A DNA stretch of 18,994 nucleotides from an archaeon (GTDB lineage: Archaea > Iainarchaeota > Iainarchaeia > Iainarchaeales > 1-14-0-10-31-34): assembly GCA_024277355.1 (NCBI GenBank), contig JAJRVL010000003.1:1-18994 (forward strand), in the 5' to 3' direction. Below the pieces are notes generated by a model that was not told the origin of the DNA, made no database searches, and saw only the letters and a program-made list of their open reading frames with translations. Shown one piece after another: positions 8,635 to 16,150 of this stretch; positions within the stretch are counted from its first letter, which is position 1, and each line of letters starts with the position of its first letter. The position numbers and the translations under genes were made by a program.

Positions 8635-8709
8635 GCTCTGGTAGTGTAGTCCGGTTAAGCATAATGCCCTCTCAAGGCATTGACCCGGGTTCAAATCCCG
8701 GCCAGAGCA
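8635..8709 (+). tRNA. tRNA-Glu(CTC)
   Basis: Acceptor gctctgg/ccagagc, anticodon arm ATGCC-CTCTCAA-GGCAT, T arm ccggg-TTCAAAT-cccgg. Confidence 0.95.
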
Positions 8710-9339
8710 TTAAAATTCAATTAAATCCAAAAAATCTTTTTTAGTTATTTCACTGATTTTTTTATCTTCAAAAAAAACATTTCCTTTTTCCGGAAGAATT
8801 TTCCAGACTGAATTAAAGCCTTTTTCTTTAATTTTATTAAAACAATTTTTTATGTTTTCATAATGTTGTTTTGATTTTTCTTTGAATTCTTTTTCTGGTT
8901 TAAAGCCTTGAATTAATAATTCACAAAAAGAATAACTTTCTTTAAAATTTGTTTGTTTTTTTAATGAAATAAAAGGAAACAAACTGCATTGTTCTGGTTT
9001 AACTTCATGAATTTCACATAAACCGTTTTTTAAGAAAACACAATAACTTGTTTTTTTTAATGAAATACTAGGCAAAACAAAAAAATATTCTGCATTACTT
9101 TTTTTAATTAATTTTTTCTTTATTTTTTCTGAAATTAATTCTTTGTTTATTACAAAATAATTTTCTGATTCAAAAGAAGGAAAAAACTGCAAAGACAAAT
9201 CACAATACTGCTGAACAAAAGTTTTTTCAGTTAAATTCAGTTTTTTTCTTATTTTTTCTGCTTCTTTAGGCAATAAAGTAATATTATATTGTTTACAGCA
9301 TTGTTTACAGTTTGAGCAAATGCTTTTAATTGATTTCAT
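8710..9339 (-). CDS. YkgJ-like cysteine cluster protein
   Basis: CSNCKQCCK near the N-terminus, then CVFLKNGLCEIHEVKPEQCSLFPF-like pattern (CEIHEVKPEQC). Confidence 0.85.
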   Translation of the reverse strand: MKSIKSICSNCKQCCKQYNITLLPKEAEKIRKKLNLTEKTFVQQYCDLSLQFFPSFESENYFVINKELISEKIKKKLIKKSNAEYFFVLPSISLKKTSYCVFLKNGLCEIHEVKPEQCSLFPFISLKKQTNFKESYSFCELLIQGFKPEKEFKEKSKQHYENIKNCFNKIKEKGFNSVWKILPEKGNVFFEDKKISEITKKDFLDLIEF

Positions 9340-9382
9340 TAGAAAATATTTACTACTTCATTTCTTTAAATGTAAGTTTTTT

Positions 9383-9454
9383 GCCTCTATAGCTCAGTGG
9401 CAGAGCGACTGACTTGTAATCAGTAGGCCGGGGGTTCAAATCCCCCTAGAGGCT
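9383..9454 (+). tRNA. tRNA-Thr(TGT)
   Basis: Acceptor gcctcta/tagaggc, anticodon arm ACTGA-CTTGTAA-TCAGT, T arm ggggg-TTCAAAT-ccccc, U73. Confidence 0.94.
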
Positions 9455-9508
9455 TTAAAAGAAAACTATTTTATACTTTTAAAACTTTAATATTTGGAAG
9501 GTGATTCA

Positions 9509-9940
9509 ATGGAAGAAAACATTCAGTTTATAGCTAATACTAAAGGATGGGTGGCAATAAAAAAAATTAAAGTAACCGAACAAACAGACCCAAAAAATGT
9601 AATGGAATTTCTTGCTTCATTAGGAACAGGATTAGACAGAAAAGTAGAAGAAAATTTAGGAAAAATAGTTGAAATAGAAAAATTAAATTTAGTTTTAGAT
9701 GAAATATTAAATGATACAGTAAAAACTCCTGGAGAAATCATAAAAGAAGTTAATGGAAGAAAAATCAGTTCAATAGTAAACGAATTAGTTGAACAGGATA
9801 AATGGCAAAAAGGAGAAAAAAAAGAAGTAGGCGAATTCCTAAAAGTTTATGCAATGAAAAAAGCATTAAAAACAGTTAAAATTAGAGTTGATTACTCTGA
9901 AATAAAAATTCCTGGAATGAAAAAAACAAAAAAAAAGTAA
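9509..9940 (+). CDS. Conserved-looking hypothetical protein
   Basis: The ORF track starts at TTG 9494, but ATG 9509 preceded by ggaaggtgat is a better start. The product MEENIQFIANTKGWVAIKKIKV... ends KKTKKK. I do not recognise a family. Confidence 0.7.
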   Translation: MEENIQFIANTKGWVAIKKIKVTEQTDPKNVMEFLASLGTGLDRKVEENLGKIVEIEKLNLVLDEILNDTVKTPGEIIKEVNGRKISSIVNELVEQDKWQKGEKKEVGEFLKVYAMKKALKTVKIRVDYSEIKIPGMKKTKKK

Positions 9941-9951
9941 AGTGAAAATAA

Positions 9952-10827
9952 ATGTCAATGGATATTGAAATATTGCAGGCGGTTCAATCATTTCATCCGA
10001 TTCCAGTAGAATATATGGATTATTTAATCAGAGGATTAACTGAATTAGGTTCTCCTTTATTATGGCTTTTTTTAGTTGCATTTTTGTACTGGAAAGGACA
10101 AGAAAAACAATCATTTCATTTAATGAATTTAATTGTTTTTTCTGTTTTAGTTGTCGGTGCAGCAAAAGAATTCTTCCAAAAACCAAGGCCTTCAGTTGAA
10201 CAAGGATTTCGTGTATTAGTAAACGAAAGATTTGGCGGATTTAGTTTTCCTTCAGGACATTCAACTATGATTGCGGCAATATTTGGTTTTTATTTAAATC
10301 ATAAAAAAAAATTAATTGTTTTTGGTTTAGGTTTAGCTACAATAATTGTAGCTTATTCCAGAGTTTATTTAGGAGCCCATTTTCCTTCAGATGTAGTTGT
10401 AGGAGTAGCTTTAGGAACTTTAATTGGAATGGCCAGCAATAATTTACTGAAAAAATTTGATGATTATGCATTAAAATTAAGCAAAATACAGGATGAAATT
10501 ATTGTCGCAGTATTATTAGTTATTGCAATACTTTTGTTGATTTTTATTCCAAAGTTTGTTTACGGCGGATTATTTTTTGGTTATTACGGAGGATTTTTCT
10601 TTTTAAGAGAAATAGAATTCAAACAAAAAAGACTATCAAAAAAAGATGTTTTAACTAAAACTTTAATTGGTTTTATTGGAATGATTTTATTAACAATCCC
10701 AATAATTTTAAAGCCATATAATTTATCTGAATCAATTCAGTTTAGTTTAATGGTTTTATTGGGTTTATGGGTTTCAGTTATAGTTCCAGTTTTATACGAA
10801 AAAGCTTTAAATCCTTCAAAACAGTAA
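9952..10827 (+). CDS. PAP2 superfamily phosphatase, integral membrane
   Basis: KEFFQKPRPS, FPSGHSTMIAAI, YSRVYLGAHFPSDVVVGVALG. Confidence 0.93.
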   Translation: MSMDIEILQAVQSFHPIPVEYMDYLIRGLTELGSPLLWLFLVAFLYWKGQEKQSFHLMNLIVFSVLVVGAAKEFFQKPRPSVEQGFRVLVNERFGGFSFPSGHSTMIAAIFGFYLNHKKKLIVFGLGLATIIVAYSRVYLGAHFPSDVVVGVALGTLIGMASNNLLKKFDDYALKLSKIQDEIIVAVLLVIAILLLIFIPKFVYGGLFFGYYGGFFFLREIEFKQKRLSKKDVLTKTLIGFIGMILLTIPIILKPYNLSESIQFSLMVLLGLWVSVIVPVLYEKALNPSKQ

Positions 10828-10847
10828 ATATTAATCAGATTTTTTAT

Positions 10848-11013
10848 CCCGCCTTTGCATAGTAGTAGTGCGCTCGGCTGTAGTTTTTGTTGAACACTGA
10901 AAAAAGTGTTAAGGGATGACAACTGTACTCTGAGCAAAAGCGAAGTACTGTATCGTTCCGTCCGATCGAAATCGGACACCGAGAGGTCCCCGGTGCAAAT
11001 CCGGGAGGCGGGA
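10848..11013 (+). tRNA. tRNA-Tyr(GTA) with a ~94-nt intron (10884-10977) after position 37
   Basis: C1-G72 acceptor cccgcct/aggcggg, anticodon stem ctcgg/ccgag, loop CTGTAG|A, T arm cccgg-TGCAAAT-ccggg, A73. Confidence 0.87.
10884..10977 (+). other. Archaeal BHB-type tRNA intron in tRNA-Tyr (relaxed central helix)
   Basis: Central helix CUGU/UCGG (one U-U mismatch); h' helix UUUUG (10885-10889)/CGAAA (10967-10971). Internal hairpins 10893-10898/10905-10910 and 10925-10929/10944-10948. Alternative perfect hairpin GTCCGAT-CGAA-ATCGGAC (10960-10977). Confidence 0.78.
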
Positions 11014-11088
11014 ATTTTTCCTCAAAGAAAAAGGACTGACGAGCAGACAATAACCATTAAATACAACTAATTCTTAATAATAATTGAA

Positions 11089-11634
11089 ATGAATTGGAAA
11101 AATAATAAAGCAGTTCCTATAATAGTTGCATTGCTTGTTTTGATTATTTTATTTCTGTGGACACAAGGCTTTTTTGCAGACCCGCTACAAAAACAATTAG
11201 AAAACCAAAAATGCTTTAATGACACGGAAAAATTAATGAATGACTTTAAACTTGCATTAGAAAAAACTGCAACATACAAACAGCCTTCAACCTTCGAATT
11301 TACTCCTTTAGCGTGTTTAGAAAACGAAAAATTTCTTGTTATTAAATCAGATGATGAAAAACTGTGCCAAAGAGCTTGTTTGAGTTCTTCTTCAAGTTGT
11401 ATTCTTTTAAGATATTCAAGTTCTAAAATCACAGGAATTCAAGACAAATGCATTAACATTTCTCCTGAAACCCAATTCAGCACTACAACAGAAAATCCTT
11501 CATTTTGTGATGAAGTAGAAAGTTTTTCTCCAGTTAAAATTGATTTTGATAAAACATTAGAAAAAGGAGAATATTACTTTGTTTACTCCACATCAGAAAC
11601 TCCTATTGTCTGCTCTTACTTAAAAAGTGATTAA
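11089..11634 (+). CDS. Hypothetical protein with N-terminal TM segment
   Basis: 181-aa ORF, AVPIIVALLVLIILFLW helix, several Cys in the extracytoplasmic part. Confidence 0.7.
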   Translation: MNWKNNKAVPIIVALLVLIILFLWTQGFFADPLQKQLENQKCFNDTEKLMNDFKLALEKTATYKQPSTFEFTPLACLENEKFLVIKSDDEKLCQRACLSSSSSCILLRYSSSKITGIQDKCINISPETQFSTTTENPSFCDEVESFSPVKIDFDKTLEKGEYYFVYSTSETPIVCSYLKSD

Positions 11635-11730
11635 GTGAACTTCAAACCGCTTACCACAAACTTCCCACAAACTAAAAGCAAATCTGGAAGGTGGGATTAT
11701 TTAATCACGCCGAGCAGAAAGAAAGATAAA

Positions 11731-11754
11731 TTTATAAATTAGTTGAACTAATTT
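11731..11754 (+). promoter_or_regulatory. TATA box TTTATAAAT overlapping a 9+1+9 inverted repeat AAATTAGTT-G-AACTAATTT
   Basis: TATA-like 11731-11739; palindrome 11736-11754, 18 nt upstream of the antitoxin ATG at 11773. Confidence 0.6.
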
Positions 11755-11772
11755 CATGTTAGGTGAAGTTAT

Positions 11773-12036
11773 ATGAGTAAAAGTGTTGCTATAAATGTTA
11801 AAGTAGATGAATATACAAGCAGAGTGCTTGGAGTAGTCAAAGAAAAATACGGACTGAATGACAAAGGAGAAGCATTAGATAAATTTGCAGAAATGTATGG
11901 AGACGAATTTGTAGACAAAGAAGTAAAAGAAGAAGTGATAAAGGAAGTAATTGAATCTTGTAACAGACATATCAAGAAATATGGTTTTAGAAGCAGAAGT
12001 GTTAAAGACCTCAGAAAAATAATTGAGGAAAAATAA
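11773..12036 (+). CDS. Antitoxin-like protein (DUF2683-like)
   Basis: MSKSVAINVKVDEYTSRVLGVVKEKYGLNDKGEALDKFAEMYG...; 1-nt TAATG overlap with the downstream RelE-like gene. Confidence 0.78.
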   Translation: MSKSVAINVKVDEYTSRVLGVVKEKYGLNDKGEALDKFAEMYGDEFVDKEVKEEVIKEVIESCNRHIKKYGFRSRSVKDLRKIIEEK

Positions 12037-12320
12037 TGCCTTTCAAGTATGACTTCAGCGACGAGCTAGAAGAAACACTAACTAAATTATACAAAAAAGA
12101 CAGAAAAAGATATGAAGCAATAATGAAAAAAGTTGAAGAAATAGCGTCAAGAGATTTGAACACAATAGACTTTTACAAAAATTTAAGGCACGATGAAAAG
12201 GAATCCAAAAGAGTCCACATAGACAAAAGCTTTGTTTTATTATTCAAAGTCTTCAAAGAAAAAAACTTTATTTTATTTGACAGATTTGACCACCACAATA
12301 ACATTTATAAGAGGAAATAA
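12036..12320 (+). CDS. RelE/YafQ-like toxin
   Basis: MPFKYDFSDELEETLTKLYKKDRKRYEAIMKKVEEI...YKNLRHDEKESKRVHIDKSFVLLFKV...ILFDRFDHHNNIYK, typical RelE/ParE-fold small toxin. Confidence 0.8.
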   Translation: MPFKYDFSDELEETLTKLYKKDRKRYEAIMKKVEEIASRDLNTIDFYKNLRHDEKESKRVHIDKSFVLLFKVFKEKNFILFDRFDHHNNIYKRK

Positions 12321-12415
12321 TATGAATTTCAAACATCTTATCTCAAACAACACGCTTTCTTACAAATCCAGAAGGCATGATAACTTTTTTAAGTTAATTC
12401 TATTTAAATAATTTC

Positions 12416-12718
12416 ATGAATAAAAAAATATTGGTTTTTGGAATTCTTTTTCTGGCTGTTTTTTTAAGCGGTTGTAATGAAACAGAATATTTAGGTCAAT
12501 ATGACAACCCAAATACTGGTTATTATGATTCAGCAAATGATTCTGATTCAGAAGCATGCGGGAACTCTGGACAGTCCTGCTGTCAATATGTTGGAACAGA
12601 TGAATTTGGAATGATTACTGGAAGATATTACTGCAATCAGGGATTGGAATGCAGAATGGAAACCTGTGTTGAAGGCGCAGATTACCAGGCATATGACAGA
12701 ACAAATATTTATAATTAA
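12416..12718 (+). CDS. Small cysteine-rich putative lipoprotein
   Basis: Signal peptide with lipobox-like LSGC, then CGNSGQSCC...YYCNQGLECRMETC. Confidence 0.7.
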   Translation: MNKKILVFGILFLAVFLSGCNETEYLGQYDNPNTGYYDSANDSDSEACGNSGQSCCQYVGTDEFGMITGRYYCNQGLECRMETCVEGADYQAYDRTNIYN

Positions 12719-12729
12719 TTGGTGAAAAA

Positions 12730-12996
12730 ATGAGTTTGGATTTAATTGGGAGTTTTGATTTATTCAAATTAATTGGAATTTTAGGTTTACTACTTATTTC
12801 AAGCGGAGTAATTATTACTGCAAGAAAAAAAGAAGATATTTTATTTATTCTCGGAGGATTATGTCTTGCAATTTACAGTGTTTATATTCAGGATTTAATT
12901 TTTATTGTATTGCAGGTAATTTTTATTGCTTCAGCTGTATATAATTTAATTAAAACAATAAAAAAAGAAAAAGAAAATACAGCTAAATCATTGTAA
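12730..12996 (+). CDS. Small predicted membrane protein
   Basis: 88-aa ORF with 3 hydrophobic segments and ggtgaaaaaatg start context. Tail overlaps the converging helicase gene by 9 nt. Confidence 0.65.
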   Translation: MSLDLIGSFDLFKLIGILGLLLISSGVIITARKKEDILFILGGLCLAIYSVYIQDLIFIVLQVIFIASAVYNLIKTIKKEKENTAKSL

Positions 12997-14088
12997 CTGC
13001 TGTATTACTGTATTGTTTCTTGTGCCAATTCTTTCAAGGACGTCATATTCCATTAAATTAGAACAAAAACTGATTGCTCTTCCGGTTCTTCCTTGTCTTG
13101 CAGTTCTGCCAATTCTGTGCAAATAAGTTTCTGATTCCTGTGGGAAATCAAAATTAATTACATTGCCTATATCATCAACATGAATTCCTCTTGCAACAAC
13201 ATCGGTTGCAATTAAAATGCCGTCTTTTGATTTTTTGAATTCTTCAATTATTCTGGTTCTCATATTTTGTTTTTTGTCTCCATGAATTGCAAGGACTCTG
13301 ATTTTTCTTTTTAAAAACTGTCTTTCAATCCAGTCAACAGTTCTTTTAGTTCTGCAAAAAACAAGTGTTTTTGAATCATCATTTGAAAGAACATCAAATA
13401 AAGCATTGAATTTCTTTTTATTGTCAACCATTAAATAAAATTGTTTAATCTGCTGTACTGGAGCATTGTCTTCACTTAAATCAAAAACAATTCTATCATG
13501 CTTTAAATGCCTGTTAATTAAATCAAGAATTTCTTCGGGCATTGTAGCAGAAAAAACTAATGACTGTCTTTCTTTTGGAAGAAAAGAAATTATTTTTGAA
13601 ACATCTTCTCTAAAACCCATGTCAAACATTTTGTCTGCTTCATCTAAAACCAAAAATTTTGTTTTATTAAAAAATAAAATTTTTCTTGAAATTAAATCAA
13701 GTAATCTTCCTGGAGTCCCAACAATTATTTCAGGCCTTCTTCTAAGCAATTCAATCTGCCTGTTAATGCTTTGTCCGCCAAAAACAGCCATTGATTTAAT
13801 AGAACTGCCAACTGCAATTGATGCAATTTCTTCTTTTACCTGTAAAGCTAATTCTCTTGTTGGAACAACAATTAAAGCAGAACAGCTTTGTCCTTTAATT
13901 ATTTTTTGAATTAAAGGAATAGCAAAAGCCGCTGTTTTTCCTGTTCCTGTTTTGGATTTTCCAACTAAATCTTTTCCATCTAAAGCTGAAGGAATAACTT
14001 TTTCCTGTACTTCTGATGGTTTAACAAAACCTTTATTTTGTAAGGCTTTCTTTATATTTTCATTTATGTTTAGTTCACTGAACTTCAA
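12988..14088 (-). CDS. DEAD-box ATP-dependent RNA helicase
   Basis: SKTGTGKT, PTRELALQV, VLDEADKMFDMGF, SATMP, ATDVVARGIHVDD, HRIGRTAR. Confidence 0.96.
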   Translation of the reverse strand: MKFSELNINENIKKALQNKGFVKPSEVQEKVIPSALDGKDLVGKSKTGTGKTAAFAIPLIQKIIKGQSCSALIVVPTRELALQVKEEIASIAVGSSIKSMAVFGGQSINRQIELLRRRPEIIVGTPGRLLDLISRKILFFNKTKFLVLDEADKMFDMGFREDVSKIISFLPKERQSLVFSATMPEEILDLINRHLKHDRIVFDLSEDNAPVQQIKQFYLMVDNKKKFNALFDVLSNDDSKTLVFCRTKRTVDWIERQFLKRKIRVLAIHGDKKQNMRTRIIEEFKKSKDGILIATDVVARGIHVDDIGNVINFDFPQESETYLHRIGRTARQGRTGRAISFCSNLMEYDVLERIGTRNNTVIQQLQ

Positions 14089-14273
14089 TTAATCAACTCC
14101 GATTATAAAAAAATAGAAAAATAACGCCATTATATTAACAATAAACTGTTAAAAATTTTCATTTAAGAAAAAAATAGTGTTATTCTGATATTTCTTTTTT
14201 AATACATAACTAATGGATGCAAAAGTTTTTAAAGTGAAAATCTTTTATGTTATTGGTTTGGTTGCGATAAATT

Positions 14274-15536
14274 ATGTTATTTCCTTTCTGGTTAAGTATT
14301 TTGCTTTTAGTTTTATTGATTATTTTAAGTGGATTTTTTTCTGCTGTTGAAACTGCCTTGATTTCATTAGACAGAATTGCATTAAAAAGAATGATTCAGA
14401 ATAAAACAAAAAATGCATTAAGAGTCCAGAAACTAAAATCAAATCCCCATAAAATGCTTACAACAATTTTAATTGGAAATAATTTAGTTAATGTTTTTGC
14501 TTCAATTATTTCAGCTGAACTGGCTGTTTCTTTAAGCTTAAAAGCAGGATTAAGCGAAGCAGCAGGAATTGCAATTGCAACAGGCGGAATGACTTTTTTG
14601 ATTTTAACTTTTGGAGAAATAACTCCAAAAGGAATTGCTACAAGAAAAAACGAAAAAATTTCTTTAATGGCGGCAAAACCTTTGTTGTTTTTGTCAAAAG
14701 TTTTTTCTCCTTTAATAGTTTTTTTAAACTATATTACTGAAACTTTAATTAATTTTTTTGGAGGCCCATTAAAAGAAAACACTATGACTCTAGAGGAATT
14801 CAAAACAATGGTTACTATTGGAAGAGAAGACGGCACAATAGATGAAATAGAACATGAAATAATAACTAAAGCAACAAAATTAGATGAAATTCCATTAGAA
14901 GAAATAATGACTCCTTTAAATCAAGTAACCGGAATTTCCGAACAGGCAAAATTAAATGAATTACTGAAATTAATTGAATTAAAGCCTTTTTCCAGGATTC
15001 CTGTATTCAAAGAAGTTCCTGAAAATGTTGTTGGAATATTATACTTAAAAGATTTAATTCCTTATTTGAAAGAAAGTTCTATTTCAAATATTTCAGTTAA
15101 AGATGTAATGATGCCTGTATTGTTTATTCCTGATTCAACTAAAGCAGATGTTTTGCTGAAAGAATTACAGAAAAGGAAAAGACATATTGCAATGATTGTA
15201 AACAGAAAAGGAAGAGTAATTGGATTGGTTACCTTAGAAGATTTATTAGAAGAATTAGTAGGAGAAATCTTTGATGAAAGCGAAAGAGAAAACAGTATAA
15301 CAAAAATTAATGCAGACACAATTGAATCAAGCGGAAGCGTTAACTTAAATAAAATAAATGAAACCCTTAAAACAAATATATCAAAAGACGGATTTAAGAC
15401 TATTGGAGGTTATATTTTTAATAAAATTGACCGTTTTCCAAAAGAAAATGAAATATTAGATTTTAAAGAAATTAAAATTAAAATAAAAGAAACAAGCGGA
15501 TGCAAAATAGTTAAAATGGAAATAAAAAAAAAATAA
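14274..15536 (+). CDS. CorC/HlyC family membrane protein (DUF21/CNNM + CBS pair + C-terminal CorC_HlyC domain)
   Basis: GFFSAVETALISLDRI, FGEITPKGIA, IYFLxDLI-like CBS repeats, VTLEDLLEELVGEIFDE, C-terminal TIGGYIFNKIDRFPKENEI. Confidence 0.93.
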   Translation: MLFPFWLSILLLVLLIILSGFFSAVETALISLDRIALKRMIQNKTKNALRVQKLKSNPHKMLTTILIGNNLVNVFASIISAELAVSLSLKAGLSEAAGIAIATGGMTFLILTFGEITPKGIATRKNEKISLMAAKPLLFLSKVFSPLIVFLNYITETLINFFGGPLKENTMTLEEFKTMVTIGREDGTIDEIEHEIITKATKLDEIPLEEIMTPLNQVTGISEQAKLNELLKLIELKPFSRIPVFKEVPENVVGILYLKDLIPYLKESSISNISVKDVMMPVLFIPDSTKADVLLKELQKRKRHIAMIVNRKGRVIGLVTLEDLLEELVGEIFDESERENSITKINADTIESSGSVNLNKINETLKTNISKDGFKTIGGYIFNKIDRFPKENEILDFKEIKIKIKETSGCKIVKMEIKKK

Positions 15537-15592
15537 AAAAAGAAATAGAAAAGATTTAATAATTATTCAATTAAATAAAAATTATAATTGAA

Positions 15593-15757
15593 TTAATCAA
15601 ATCTTCTTTTTGGTTTGTGTTTTTGGTAACATTCTCTGCAGTAAACAGGTCTTTGTCCATCTGGTTTAAATGGAACTTCAGTTTCCTGGCCGCATTCAGA
15701 ACAGTTTATTTTGAACATTTGTCTGTTGTTGTTACTAAAACCTTTGTTGAATGGCAT
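15593..15757 (-). CDS. 54-aa zinc-ribbon-like protein with a CxxC-x17-CxxC pattern (missing from the ORF track)
   Basis: MPFNKGFSNNNRQMFKINCSECGQETEVPFKPDGQRPVYCRECYQKHKPKRRFD*, with ggaggaag SD immediately upstream on the minus strand. Confidence 0.85.
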   Translation of the reverse strand: MPFNKGFSNNNRQMFKINCSECGQETEVPFKPDGQRPVYCRECYQKHKPKRRFD

Positions 15758-15861
15758 TTTTCTTCCTCCATAAATTTATTTAAGTAAAAAAAATAATCTG
15801 TTAAAATTTATAATACTAAAAGAATCAGTTTTCTTGTTCATACTAATACAGTTAATTAATT

Positions 15862-16018
15862 ATGGAAAAAACAACCTTAAAAACCTTGTGGTCAAGAGTT
15901 TCAGAGAGATTTATCCCTCAGTTTTTTGATAAATCTTTTTTCTAAAAAGGTTTCTGAGGAATTCATTCCTCAGTTTTTTGATAAGTCTTTTTTTTTAAAA
16001 AGATTTCAGAACTCATAA
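15862..16018 (+). pseudogene. Small ORF with internal duplicated unit, split by a 1-nt shift
   Basis: ATG 15862: MEKTTLKTLWSRVSERFIPQFFDKSFF* (TAA 15943-15945); the other frame continues from 15950: VSEEFIPQFFDKSFFLKRFQNS* (TAA 16016-16018). Confidence 0.5.
15898..16001 (+). repeat. Two-copy ~52-nt imperfect tandem repeat
   Basis: gtttcagagagatttatccctcagttttttgataaatctttttt... and gtttctgaggaattcattcctcagttttttgataagtctttttt...; a third partial start, gatttcag, follows at 16002. Confidence 0.85.
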
Positions 16019-16150
16019 TCTTAATCATTGCTTAACGCTCATATCAGCCTAGTTCATCACAATAATAATAAAAGAAAAAAGCCTAATAATTGTTTTCATA
16101 TGAATATTTTCTGTATTTCTTTAAAATATTGTTGGATTACATAATATTCA

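Noticed and set aside
8339-8744. ORFs 8339..8593 (+), 8444..8662 (-) and 8502..8744 (+)
   Set aside because: They overlap tRNA-Met and tRNA-Glu and the structured spacer, have atypical composition, and show no recognisable domain.
10911-10934. ATGAC...CTGA in the Tyr intron as C/D boxes
   Set aside because: Degenerate C box and no paired D'/C' boxes; motif this short is expected by chance.
10737-11050. ORFs 10737..10979 and 10844..11050 (-)
   Set aside because: Antisense to the PAP2 gene end and intron-containing tRNA-Tyr. The TTCxxGAACC-like peptide (GFAPGTSRCPI) is a typical artefact of translating a tRNA antisense strand.
11067-11975. Minus-strand ORFs 11067..11432 and 11769..11975
   Set aside because: Antisense to the 181-aa ORF and the antitoxin. 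The plus-strand genes have better context.
11773-12320. TA module as evidence of a larger defence island
   Set aside because: Neighbours are ordinary membrane and housekeeping genes. No nucleases, restriction genes, integrase or transposase were seen nearby.
13466-15319. ORFs 13466..13909 (+) and 15062..15319 (-)
   Set aside because: Antisense to the DEAD-box helicase and the CorC/HlyC-like gene respectively, both strongly supported by motifs.
15898-16018. Tandem repeats as a mini-CRISPR array
   Set aside because: Only two adjacent imperfect units plus a fragment, with no regular unique spacers and no cas genes. Duplication within a small ORF explains it better.
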